NCBI GenBank assembly: GCA_963836235.1
Contig: CAWIIP010000004.1
Location: 352,001 to 416,000, forward strand
Origin: an uncultured Pseudomonadota bacterium
GTDB lineage: Bacteria; Oederibacteriota; Muellerivitia; Muellerivitales; Muellerivitaceae
Length of the DNA stretch: 64,000 nucleotides
Direction: 5' to 3'
Part shown: in pieces, positions 47,911 through 57,181 of the stretch
Numbering within the stretch: the stretch's first letter is position 1
Layout: each line of letters begins with the position of its first letter
Translations under genes and position numbers: made by a program
The notes under the pieces: generated by a model
The model's input: the letters and a program-made list of their open reading frames with translations, nothing else
What the model was told of the DNA's origin: nothing
The model's database searches: none

Positions 47911-50229
47911 ATGAAATTTCGAATGGCTTTATTGACGTCGGTCTTTTTATTGGCGGGTTGCGGCGGGCGGGAAATGGTGAAGACGGGTGGAACGCCTCCA
48001 GCTGTTACCGTGGCTCCGGTCGCTTCCACCCCCCTGCCTTCCGGGCCGAAGGCGCCTTCCTTGGTGGATTTAAAAACCCCGGTGACCGACACGGATTATC
48101 AGCAAGCGGTGGCCGCTGTCGGGGCTTCCGAAGTTGACCGCCATAATGTCGGCCAATTCCTCCTCATTGCCCAATATCAATACAATCATGGCAATTTGGC
48201 GGATGCCTTGAAGACCTATCAAAAGGTCCTTTTGGCCGCCAATGCTTCCACGCAAGCGGACAAGGCCCAATACATGGTGGGCCAGATTTACTACGAGAAG
48301 CAGGATTTCTTGCCTGCCTTGTCTTCTTTCCAAAATGTATTGGTTAACTTCCCCCAATCGGGCTACGCCATTCAGAGCCGGCAAATGATGGACTTTATGC
48401 TCAGTTATTCATTGAATTTGGATGACTTGAAGCGTTTCGTGGACAATTACCCCGATTCACCCCTTCAGTGCTCGGCCCTTTTCCAACTGGGAAGCCATGA
48501 AGCCCAGGCGGGAATCCAAAATGACGCCATCGAGCATTTAAATAAATTTGTCCAGCAGTGCCCTCAGAATCCCTCGGTGTCGGCAGCCCAGCTTTTACTC
48601 CAATCCATGCAAAGCCAAACGCAAGGGAAGACCTGGAAGATCGGTGTGTTGATCCCCCGGACAGGACGGTTCCAGGGTTTTGGCGACTCTGTTTTGAACG
48701 GCATCACTTTAGCGGTGGAACAGGCCAACCAGGCGGGTGGTTCGAATAAACATATGGCGGTTGTGGTGAAGGACACGGGAAGCGAGGGGATGAAGGCGGT
48801 GACTGAGTTCCAAGATTTGGTCAAGGATGACAGCTTGGATGCCATTATCGGGCCGATTGCCCCGGCGGATATCCAGGCGGTGGCGGCACTGGCCAACGAG
48901 CGGCGGATCGCCATGATCTGTCCCGCGGCCAGCAGGGCGGGCCTCTCAACCCTGGGGCCTTATATCTTCAGCAACAGCATGACCAACGAGATGCAGGGGA
49001 AAGCCATCGCCCAATACGCGGTGGAACGCCTGGGCTTCAAGCGCTTCGCCATTCTGTCGCCGGACGACCTATATGGGCAGACCCTCTCGGATAGTTTCCA
49101 AAAGACCATTGGTTCCATGGGCGCCACCGTGGTGACGCCGGAAACCTATCTTCCTGGCTCAACGGATTTCAAGAAACAGATGGTAGATCTGGGAGGCCTG
49201 GATCCGGAAGGTTTCAAACAAATGCAACGGGATCAGATGCGCCAGATGGATGAGTTGAAATACAACATTTCCAAGGAAGTGGGTAAGATTTTCCTGAAGG
49301 TTAAGGATTCGTCCGAAGCCTCAGGGGTTGTCGCGGCCTCTACTCCCGTGGCGGCTTTCGTTCCCTTGGTGGAAAGCCTTTCGAATACCATTTGCCCCTC
49401 GATTGTCGGCGACATTGACGCCGCGGTGAAAGATTCCTTGAAAACCCAAACCGGCTACGTCTTTCGGACGGACGATATCATTAAACAATCCTTACAACGG
49501 CTGCCAATAGAGTTGAAAGGGACAACCGTGACCGCCACGGCCGACCAATGGGGTGAGGTGGCGCAGGATATGCAGACCTCTTTGATCATCACCGGCCATA
49601 TCCTCGAACCCACGCCGGAAAACGACTGGAGTTTCTTTCCTACCTGGGACTACAACATCCATTTTGAAGCTTTCCTGATGGATCCCAATAAAAACACGAT
49701 GGTGAAGATTTACCAGAGCAAAATAACCTACAGCATATTCAAACCGCCTTCCATGACTCGGGGCAATAATGCCTACCAAGCCCTTTACCTTCCCGCCCAC
49801 TCGGCGGAAGTGCCCCTTTTGGTTTCCCAGGTCCATTACTACGACTTGAACCCGGTTTTCCTGGGTGGGCATCTTTGGGACAACGACACCATCCTCCAGG
49901 AGGCGGCCAAGGACATGGAGGGCGCTTATTTCGTGACCGGGTTTTACGTGGACAGCCAGCAGGGAACGGTCAAGAAGTTCGTGGACGATTACATGAACAA
50001 GTTCGCCAAGCGGCCCGATCTGTTGGCGGCGCAGGCCTATGACGCGGCAAGGCTGCTGTTCCAAGCCGCCAATCTTTCCGCGACACGGGACGACATCCAC
50101 ACCAACCTTTTGCAGATCAAGGACTTCGAAGGGGTCAGCGGCAAGACCACCTTCGGGGGCCAAGGTGAGGCGGATAAGCTGGTGCCGGTTCTCCAAATCA
50201 AGGATGGGAAGTACCAGCAGGTTCAATAA
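47911..50229 (+). CDS. LpoA-like lipoprotein (TPR/BamD-like N-domain + type 1 periplasmic-binding domain with insertion)
   Basis: Lipobox LAGC; TPR-like helices; IGVLIPRTG, IIGP, AAQAYDA, FEGVSG. Confidence 0.72.
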   Translation: MKFRMALLTSVFLLAGCGGREMVKTGGTPPAVTVAPVASTPLPSGPKAPSLVDLKTPVTDTDYQQAVAAVGASEVDRHNVGQFLLIAQYQYNHGNLADALKTYQKVLLAANASTQADKAQYMVGQIYYEKQDFLPALSSFQNVLVNFPQSGYAIQSRQMMDFMLSYSLNLDDLKRFVDNYPDSPLQCSALFQLGSHEAQAGIQNDAIEHLNKFVQQCPQNPSVSAAQLLLQSMQSQTQGKTWKIGVLIPRTGRFQGFGDSVLNGITLAVEQANQAGGSNKHMAVVVKDTGSEGMKAVTEFQDLVKDDSLDAIIGPIAPADIQAVAALANERRIAMICPAASRAGLSTLGPYIFSNSMTNEMQGKAIAQYAVERLGFKRFAILSPDDLYGQTLSDSFQKTIGSMGATVVTPETYLPGSTDFKKQMVDLGGLDPEGFKQMQRDQMRQMDELKYNISKEVGKIFLKVKDSSEASGVVAASTPVAAFVPLVESLSNTICPSIVGDIDAAVKDSLKTQTGYVFRTDDIIKQSLQRLPIELKGTTVTATADQWGEVAQDMQTSLIITGHILEPTPENDWSFFPTWDYNIHFEAFLMDPNKNTMVKIYQSKITYSIFKPPSMTRGNNAYQALYLPAHSAEVPLLVSQVHYYDLNPVFLGGHLWDNDTILQEAAKDMEGAYFVTGFYVDSQQGTVKKFVDDYMNKFAKRPDLLAAQAYDAARLLFQAANLSATRDDIHTNLLQIKDFEGVSGKTTFGGQGEADKLVPVLQIKDGKYQQVQ

Positions 50230-50232
50230 GGC

Positions 50233-50338
50233 AGTTCTAAGTGTTGAGTTCTTAGTTTTGAGTTGCGGTAATTTGTTTTAATGTTTGATTAAAATAAACT
50301 GACCATAACTTAGAACTTAAAACTTAAAATTCAAAACT
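50233..50338. repeat. Inverted heptamer tandem-repeat element (second copy)
   Basis: AGTTCTA AGTGTTG AGTTCTT AGTTTTG AGTTGCG ... CATAACT TAGAACT TAAAACT TAAAATT CAAAACT. Confidence 0.85.
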
Positions 50339-50351
50339 TCAGGGGTTCTCC

Positions 50352-51752
50352 GTGAGCGATAACACCAAATTCGGCCCGCCCAAGGGCATGCGCGACTGGC
50401 TTCCCCAAGAGACCCTCCTGCGCCAAAAGCTCATCCGGCTCATCGAACACCACTACCAGCTTTATGGGTTCCAACCCATTGATACGCCCGTTATGGAGAA
50501 CATCGAGGTCTTACAGGGCAAGGGTGGGGGAGAGAATGAGAAGTTGATGTTTAAAGTTGTGAAAAGAGGAGAAGATTTTGAAGGTGGGTTAGAAGAGATA
50601 AAACGGTTAGAAATTCTTCAAAAAATTATGCCAAATACGATAAGGCAAATAATGGGGGAACTAACAGATTATGGTCTCCGCTTTGACCTGACAGTCCCAC
50701 TCGCCCGTTATTACGCCAATCACGTCAATGACCTTCCCAAACCTTTCCGCTGTTATCACATCGGTCCCGTCTGGCGGGCCGATCGGCCGCAAAAGGGTCG
50801 TTACCGTGAATTCTATCAATGCGATATCGACATTATTGGCGGGGCTTCAGATAGCTATGAGGTTGAGCTTCTTCTAGCTACGGACCGCGTTCTTAAGGAA
50901 CTCAATGTCGGTAAATTCAAAATTCGCATTAGCCATAAATTGTTTTTGCCAATGTGGTTTAAAGAATTGGGCGTTCAGGATGAACTTATTCCGAAAGTTG
51001 CGATTATTTTTGATAAGTCTGACAAGGCATCACTGGCAGAATTAACAAGAGGATTAAACGACCTGAAGTTGTCGCCCGAAGTTGAGGAGAAATTATCGGA
51101 ACTATTAATTCATGCAATTAACAAAAACATGGGATTTAGTTTAGGATTTTCGAAGGAAATGACTCTATTAAGAAATGAAATTGTTTCGATTCAAAATAGA
51201 GTGCTGGAAATAAATCCGAATGCAAATGTTGTGTTTGACCCCTTTTTGGTAAGAGGTTTTGACTATTACACCGGCCCGGTGTTTGAGATCAATGTGGAAG
51301 ACAAGGATTTCACTTTTTCTATCGGTGGTGGGGGACGCTATGACGGCCTCATTGAGAAATTGGGAGGCCCGAAGAACACCCCGGCAGTCGGGATTTCATT
51401 GGGTTTTGAGCGGATTCTCCTCGTCTTGGCCGATAAGCAGAAGTCGGCCACCCAAGCTCACCATCCACGGGTATTCATCGTCAATAACGGCCAATCCGAA
51501 AAGGATATATTGTCTCTTGGGGAGCAGTTGCGTTCCGAGGGCATCCAAGTAGAAACCTCCCTCGAAAACAAAAAGATTGGTCAGCAATTAGAAGCCGCCC
51601 AGAAGAACGGTATTGAATACGCCATCACCGAATTTCAGCCGGGCCACAAGTCCTATAAAGTCCGCCAACTTTCCACCCGGCAGGACAGGGAAATGCCTCT
51701 GGCCGAACTTTACGACATCATGAAACGTCTTTCGGAGGGTGTGGAAGACTAA
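50352..51752 (+). CDS. hisS: Histidine--tRNA ligase
   Basis: PKGMRD, LRFDLTVPLAR, WRADRPQKGRYREFYQCD, RGFDYYTG, GGGRYD, GFERI. Confidence 0.95.
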   Translation: MSDNTKFGPPKGMRDWLPQETLLRQKLIRLIEHHYQLYGFQPIDTPVMENIEVLQGKGGGENEKLMFKVVKRGEDFEGGLEEIKRLEILQKIMPNTIRQIMGELTDYGLRFDLTVPLARYYANHVNDLPKPFRCYHIGPVWRADRPQKGRYREFYQCDIDIIGGASDSYEVELLLATDRVLKELNVGKFKIRISHKLFLPMWFKELGVQDELIPKVAIIFDKSDKASLAELTRGLNDLKLSPEVEEKLSELLIHAINKNMGFSLGFSKEMTLLRNEIVSIQNRVLEINPNANVVFDPFLVRGFDYYTGPVFEINVEDKDFTFSIGGGGRYDGLIEKLGGPKNTPAVGISLGFERILLVLADKQKSATQAHHPRVFIVNNGQSEKDILSLGEQLRSEGIQVETSLENKKIGQQLEAAQKNGIEYAITEFQPGHKSYKVRQLSTRQDREMPLAELYDIMKRLSEGVED

Positions 51753-51761
51753 ATCGGGGTA

Positions 51762-51789
51762 TTGAGCGGTTAAAAAGTTGTGCTATTAT
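51762..51789 (+). promoter_or_regulatory. Putative promoter upstream of aspS
   Basis: TTGAGC-16 bp-TATTAT with TGn extension. Confidence 0.45.
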
Positions 51790-51791
51790 AC

Positions 51792-51813
51792 GGCTCCTTT
51801 TGGGGGCTTTTTT
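51792..51813 (+). terminator. Weak intrinsic-terminator-like hairpin between hisS and aspS
   Basis: GGCTCC-TTTTG-GGGGCT followed by a T run. Confidence 0.4.
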
Positions 51814-51835
51814 CATTTATACAGGAGTTACTAAC

Positions 51836-53626
51836 GTGGCGGAAATGCTCGGCGGCTGGAAAAGATCACACAAGTGCGGGGACCTGCGGGCCTCTGATGT
51901 CGGTAAGACCGTGACCCTGATGGGTTGGGTGCACCACCGCCGGGATCATGGCGGGCTGGTGTTCGTGGACTTGCGCGACCGTTATGGCGTAACCCAGATT
52001 GTGTTTGACCCCCAATTGGCCGACAAGGTGCATAAACAATCCCATCTGATTCGCAGTGAATGGGTTTTGGCGATCAAGGGCGAGGTGACGAAGCGCCCTG
52101 AGGGGACGATCAATTCCAAGATCGCCACCGGCGAGATTGAAATCCGCTGTTCCGAAGTGAAGGTCCTCAACGAATCCCTGACCCCCGTATTTCCCATTGA
52201 GGATGACGTGGATGTGGCTGAGGAAACCCGCATGGAATACCGCTATCTTGACCTGCGGCGCGAATACATGAAAAACAAGCTGATCGCCCGGCACAAGATG
52301 GCGATGGCGGCCCGCAATTACATGAGCGAAGAGGGATTCCTGGAAATCGAAACGCCCATCCTCATCAAAAACACACCGGAAGGTTCCCGCGAATATGTGG
52401 TGCCGAGCCGGGTCAACCCCGGCAAATTTTTCGTGCTTCCGCAGAGCCCCCAACAATTGAAGCAGACCTGTATGATCGCCGGATTGGACAAATATTTCCA
52501 AATTGCAAAGTGCTTCCGGGACGAGGACCTTCGCGCCGACCGCCAACCTGAATTTACTCAGATCGACATTGAAATGTCCTTTATCGACGAAGAAGACATC
52601 TATCGGGTTGGGGAAGGGCTGATGAAGGCCATCTTCAAGGGAGCTTTGGGTGAGGATTTGAAAACCCCTTTTCAGCGCCTGACTTATGACGAGTCGATGG
52701 AGCGTTATGGGAACGACAAACCGGACCTGAGGTTTGACTTGCCGCTGGTGAACGTGGGCGGCATCGCCGCCAAGTCCGACTTTAAGGTCTTCAAGGACGT
52801 GATCGCCCGCGGCGATATCGTGAAGGCGCTCAACGCCAAGGGCTGCGCGGAATTTTCCCGTAAAGACTTAGAAGACCTTACCGGCTTCGTGGGTAAATAC
52901 GGCGCCAAGGGAATGGCTTGGTTCAAGGTGAAGGATGGCAAACTCGATTCCAATATCGTCAAATACTTTCAGCCGGAGGTTCAGGCTGAACTTCTTAAAG
53001 CTTTAAAGGCCGAAGAAGGGGACTTGCTTCTTTTTGGCGCGGACCAGGCTTCGACCGTGAATGATTCAATGGGAGCACTGCGTGTTGAAATCGCCCGCCG
53101 TAAGGGTTTGATTGAGAAGGGGCCCAAATGGGCCTTCGCTTGGGTGACGGATTTTCCGATGTTCGGAAAAGATGAGAAGGGAAGGCTCTTTTCCATGAAC
53201 CATCCCTTTACCGCGCCCCGTGAAAAAGACACGCCCCTTTTGGATACCGATCCGACCAAGGTGACGGCCCGGGCTTATGACATGGTTTTGAACGGCCTCG
53301 AATTGGGAAGCGGGACGATCCGTATCCATGACTCCGCTTTACAATCCAAAATATTCAGCCTGTTGGATATTTCGAAGGAAAAAGCCCAGGAACGTTTCGG
53401 CTTTCTGCTCAAGGCCTTAACTTACGGCGCGCCGCCCCACGGCGGAATGGCCGTTGGGTTGGACCGTATCGCCATGCTATTAACCGGCGCCCCCAATATT
53501 CGGGACGTCATCGCCTTCCCCAAAACGGCCAAGGCTACCGACTTGATGACGGGTTCACCTTCTGAGATTGACGAAGAATTGATGAAAGAGCTCAAGATCA
53601 AGATCGAGTTGGAAGACCTGACTTAA
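51836..53626 (+). CDS. aspS: Aspartate--tRNA ligase (probably non-discriminating)
   Basis: GTG after AGGAG; RRDHGG, RYLDLR, LPQSPQ, CFRDEDLRADRQPEFTQ, PPHGG, IAFPK. Confidence 0.96.
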   Translation: MAEMLGGWKRSHKCGDLRASDVGKTVTLMGWVHHRRDHGGLVFVDLRDRYGVTQIVFDPQLADKVHKQSHLIRSEWVLAIKGEVTKRPEGTINSKIATGEIEIRCSEVKVLNESLTPVFPIEDDVDVAEETRMEYRYLDLRREYMKNKLIARHKMAMAARNYMSEEGFLEIETPILIKNTPEGSREYVVPSRVNPGKFFVLPQSPQQLKQTCMIAGLDKYFQIAKCFRDEDLRADRQPEFTQIDIEMSFIDEEDIYRVGEGLMKAIFKGALGEDLKTPFQRLTYDESMERYGNDKPDLRFDLPLVNVGGIAAKSDFKVFKDVIARGDIVKALNAKGCAEFSRKDLEDLTGFVGKYGAKGMAWFKVKDGKLDSNIVKYFQPEVQAELLKALKAEEGDLLLFGADQASTVNDSMGALRVEIARRKGLIEKGPKWAFAWVTDFPMFGKDEKGRLFSMNHPFTAPREKDTPLLDTDPTKVTARAYDMVLNGLELGSGTIRIHDSALQSKIFSLLDISKEKAQERFGFLLKALTYGAPPHGGMAVGLDRIAMLLTGAPNIRDVIAFPKTAKATDLMTGSPSEIDEELMKELKIKIELEDLT

Positions 53627-53639
53627 GCCTCTCAAGGCG

Positions 53640-54161
53640 ATGTTAATGCAAACCATCAAAGCCCTAAATCAAGAAAATCTGGACCGCTTCATTGATTTTT
53701 TGTTTGAATTTGAACGTCCCAAAGTTTGGCAAGAATATTCCGATTATGGCCAAAAGTTGAAAGAGTTCCATTCTCCGAAAGAAGTAAGGGAGGTCATAGG
53801 AAATCCCAAAAACAGTATCCTGGCCATTTATTTCCCTCGAACAAAAGGTTCACTAGACTTCCGAAAGATCAATCTTGTCCCGGAAGCTTGTGATGGCCAT
53901 ACCTTTCGGTTTCAAGTAAGGGGATGGGCCCTTTTTCACCTTTATCTTGATTACAAAAGACCACATTTGATCGGATGTAGAATTTCATGTAATTCTCAGA
54001 AGCGGGCGGAAGCCTGGTATTCGACCATGCGTGAAATGGGAAATCCTGGGCGCTGGGACTGGAAAGAAGTTGAATCAATCGGCAGAGCTATTACCAGGAA
54101 AATGGGACAACTGGCGGAAAAAGATAAAAGGACCATCGGAAAAACCAGAAAAGCCAAATAG
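53640..54161 (+). CDS. Hypothetical protein
   Basis: 173-aa ORF filling the aspS-GH36 gap, somewhat AT-rich; no motif recognised. Confidence 0.6.
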   Translation: MLMQTIKALNQENLDRFIDFLFEFERPKVWQEYSDYGQKLKEFHSPKEVREVIGNPKNSILAIYFPRTKGSLDFRKINLVPEACDGHTFRFQVRGWALFHLYLDYKRPHLIGCRISCNSQKRAEAWYSTMREMGNPGRWDWKEVESIGRAITRKMGQLAEKDKRTIGKTRKAK

Positions 54162-54169
54162 GAAATCAC

Positions 54170-56347
54170 TCAGTTTTGGATCTTGAAATAAAAGAGGTTG
54201 CAAACGTAATTCTTCTTTGGGCTTTTAAACTCTTTCGGTAGCCAGCCTTCCTTCATCAGTTTCTTTCCCGCCACCTTTAATTTTTCGCCTTGGATTTCAT
54301 ATTTTTTGCCAGGGTTTAAACCTCGCAAGCGAATAGATTTGGCTTTTAAGCCCTTCTTGAAAGGCTTTGCCTGAAACACGAAAAGTAAACCCTCGGTTTG
54401 GGACTCGTTGACGAACATCCAGGAGACCCGGTCCGAATCGTAAGGGCTTTCCAGGCGGTGAAAATTCCCGAACTGCACCAAGGTGCGGATTTTTTTGTAT
54501 TGGGCGATATAACCCGAGACTTCCTTTTTTTCTTTGGCCGTCCACTTGGTCACATCCAGTTCCAGCCCGAAATTGCCCGACATCGCCATCAAGGCCCGCC
54601 ACTTCAACGGGGTTTCTCGCTTGGTGATGTGGTTGGGGGAAGCGGCGATATGGGCCCCCTGGGTGATGGGGGGGTAACAAAAGCCGGTGCCATATTGGAT
54701 GAAAAGCCGGTCCAGGCCGTCGCTGTTATCCGAGGTCCAGATTTGGGGGTGGTAACTGAGGATTCCCAGGTCAAAACGGGCCCCGCCGCCCGCGCAACCC
54801 TCGAAAAGAATGTGGGGGAAACGCTTGTTGAAGCGGTCCATCAGCTCGTAAACGCCGAACATATAGCGGTGGTAAAGCTCGGTTTGGCGGTCGGGGGGCA
54901 GGATTTCATTGCCGACTTCGGTCAGGGCCCGGTTCATATCCCACTTCACGTAATCGACCTTGGCTTCTTCCAGCACCTTGCCGATGGTCTCGAAAAGATA
55001 ATCCCTTATTTCCTTGCGGCTCATATCCAACACCAACTGGGTTCGGAAGGTCAGCCGGTCCCGGCCCGGCACGTGGAGGCACCAGTCGGGATGCTGTTCG
55101 TAAAGCTTGCTCCGGGGCGAAACCATTTCGGGCTCGATCCAGAGACCGAACTTCATTCCGAGGGCGTGGACGTCCTCCGCCAAACCCTTCACCCCCCGAG
55201 GCAGTTTCTTCGGGTCCTCAAACCAGTCGCCCAGGGAGCTGTCGTCCTTGTCTCGCTCGCCAAACCAGCCATCGTCCAAAACCATCAGCTCCACGCCCAT
55301 TTCCCCGGCGGTTTTGGCGATGCGCAGGATGTCGTCGTGCTTGAAGTTGAAATAAGTGGCTTCCCAGTTGTTGATAAGGATGGGGCGGGGTTTGTCCCGC
55401 CACTCGCCCCGGGTGACGCGCTTGCGGATGAAAGGGTGATAGTTACGGCTCAAGCCGCTGAAGCCCTTGTTGGAATAGGCCATGACACATTCGGGGGTGA
55501 AGAAGGATTTGCCCGGCTCCAGCCGCCACTTAAAATCGAAGTCGTTCAAGCCCATTCCCAACCTCAGCCAGCCATTGCGCTGGATTTCCCCTTCCATCAC
55601 CCAATTGCCGCTATAGGCCAGGGCCAGGCCGTACACTTCGCCTTTTTCCTCGCTCGCCTCGCCCCGGGTAACCATGATAAAGGGGTTCATTTCATGCGAC
55701 GAAATACCCCGGCGGCTTTCCAGGCGGACGGTTCCTTGCAGGAGGGATTGCTTTTGAAGACGGCGCTCATGCGCCCAGGCGCCGGCAAAACTGATGAGCT
55801 GGTAATCGCCACCGGGCAGGTCGGTTCCGGTGCTCATGAGTTTCAGGACATGGAGGGCTTCCGCTCCGCTATTTTGAAGGGCGGCTCGCTTGATCAAGAT
55901 GTTCCATTGGGGATAAAGGGTGTAATAGAGGGAAAGATCAAGGTTCTTGAGTTCGTCCCGCAAAATGATGTGGAGAGTTTCCGCTTCCCCGGGGTCCTCC
56001 GTATAGGAACAGGGTCCCTCAAAGACCGGCTTACCGGGAAGGATTTCGTGGGAGCGATAGGTGAAATGGCTGATCCGGGACCCATCGGCATGTTCCAGGC
56101 GAAAAGCCGGGTTTCGCAAGTCATTGTGGCCAAAGTCAGGGAATTCCCGACGCTGGTTTTCCAAGATGACGGTGGTTTCGACGGATCGGGTTCGCCATTC
56201 CGTCAGCAGAGTCATCAGGGAATGGGGCGGCAGCAGGGCTCCCCAATGGAGGTGGTGCAAATCACCCTTGGGAGATATCCCGAGCAGGTAAGAAAAGTCT
56301 TTTCCCTCGAGAAGAAAATAGTTTTGATCTTGAATGAAAGTAATCAT
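54170..56347 (-). CDS. Alpha-galactosidase (GH36)
   Basis: NNWEATYF, LDDGWFG, FGLWIEPEM, YVKWDMNR, CAGGGARFD, WTSDNSD. Confidence 0.93.
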   Translation of the reverse strand: MITFIQDQNYFLLEGKDFSYLLGISPKGDLHHLHWGALLPPHSLMTLLTEWRTRSVETTVILENQRREFPDFGHNDLRNPAFRLEHADGSRISHFTYRSHEILPGKPVFEGPCSYTEDPGEAETLHIILRDELKNLDLSLYYTLYPQWNILIKRAALQNSGAEALHVLKLMSTGTDLPGGDYQLISFAGAWAHERRLQKQSLLQGTVRLESRRGISSHEMNPFIMVTRGEASEEKGEVYGLALAYSGNWVMEGEIQRNGWLRLGMGLNDFDFKWRLEPGKSFFTPECVMAYSNKGFSGLSRNYHPFIRKRVTRGEWRDKPRPILINNWEATYFNFKHDDILRIAKTAGEMGVELMVLDDGWFGERDKDDSSLGDWFEDPKKLPRGVKGLAEDVHALGMKFGLWIEPEMVSPRSKLYEQHPDWCLHVPGRDRLTFRTQLVLDMSRKEIRDYLFETIGKVLEEAKVDYVKWDMNRALTEVGNEILPPDRQTELYHRYMFGVYELMDRFNKRFPHILFEGCAGGGARFDLGILSYHPQIWTSDNSDGLDRLFIQYGTGFCYPPITQGAHIAASPNHITKRETPLKWRALMAMSGNFGLELDVTKWTAKEKKEVSGYIAQYKKIRTLVQFGNFHRLESPYDSDRVSWMFVNESQTEGLLFVFQAKPFKKGLKAKSIRLRGLNPGKKYEIQGEKLKVAGKKLMKEGWLPKEFKSPKKNYVCNLFYFKIQN

Positions 56348-56459
56348 GGAGCCCGGGTAAATGAGGTTTTGAGGATTCTAACCGATGTGGGAGTGAAGTT
56401 AAATGAGCCCTTTCCCGCTAAACCTTTTTAAGGGGGTGTTTCAGGCTCCTCCGATCGCC

Positions 56460-56488
56460 TTGACGGGGTCTTTAAATGCTTCGATAAT
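56460..56488 (+). promoter_or_regulatory. Putative sigma70 promoter for the LysM gene
   Basis: TTGACG-17 bp-GATAAT. Confidence 0.55.
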
Positions 56489-56529
56489 GTTTCAAGCGGT
56501 GGTTGAAACTACCCAAGGGGGCAATAGCG

Positions 56530-57057
56530 ATGAATTACTCGAAAATGCTTTTAGTTGCCGCGGTGCTGACGGGATGGATGGCAGCGGGTTGTACGGGGAA
56601 GAAAAGAATCGAAGGAACGGAAGTCCCCACCCAGCCTCAAACCAATGACGTGACGATGCCGGCACAAGCCATGCCGGAGGCTCCACCCGCGCCAGAGGCC
56701 CCGCCTGCCATGGCCGTAGCCACGCCTGTTCCTACGGAAGCCCCCGCTCCTCCACCCGCCCCGCCGGCTGAGGTGGAGAAGGCTCTGGAGAAGTACATTG
56801 TGGTCAAGGGAGATACTCTCTGGGGCATCTCGGGCATGTCGATTATTTATAAGGATAACTTCGAATGGCCTTTGCTTTTCAAGGAGAACCGGGATCAAAT
56901 TAAGGATCCGGATTTAATTTATCCTAAGCAGGAATTCCTCATCCGTAGGGATTGGACCCAGGAAGACCTTGATAAGGCGCACAAGGACGCGAATGACACG
57001 CCTAAATACGTGCCTCATACCGCTCCTCGCGAAACATTGCCGGTAAATTATTTCTGA
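56530..57057 (+). CDS. LysM-domain lipoprotein with Pro/Ala-rich linker
   Basis: Lipobox AAGC; YIVVKGDTLWGIS...N...IKDPDLIYP. Confidence 0.87.
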   Translation: MNYSKMLLVAAVLTGWMAAGCTGKKRIEGTEVPTQPQTNDVTMPAQAMPEAPPAPEAPPAMAVATPVPTEAPAPPPAPPAEVEKALEKYIVVKGDTLWGISGMSIIYKDNFEWPLLFKENRDQIKDPDLIYPKQEFLIRRDWTQEDLDKAHKDANDTPKYVPHTAPRETLPVNYF

Positions 57058-57091
57058 GTGGGATGACCTTTAGACATTTTGCGTTTGATTT

Positions 57092-57138
57092 TAAAAACTC
57101 CCTTTTCTTGAGAATTAAGGAAAGGGAGTTTTTATTTA
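57092..57138. terminator. Intrinsic terminator (bidirectional-type hairpin)
   Basis: TAAAAACTCCCTTTTCTT-loop-AAGGAAAGGGAGTTTTTA. Confidence 0.75.
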
Positions 57139-57181
57139 TAAGCCGATTGAAGGATATCGATTCAGTTTCAGGGAGTAAACA

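Noticed and set aside
54398-56431. 677-aa plus-strand ORF
   Set aside because: Antisense shadow of the GH36 gene; no motifs, explained by codon bias
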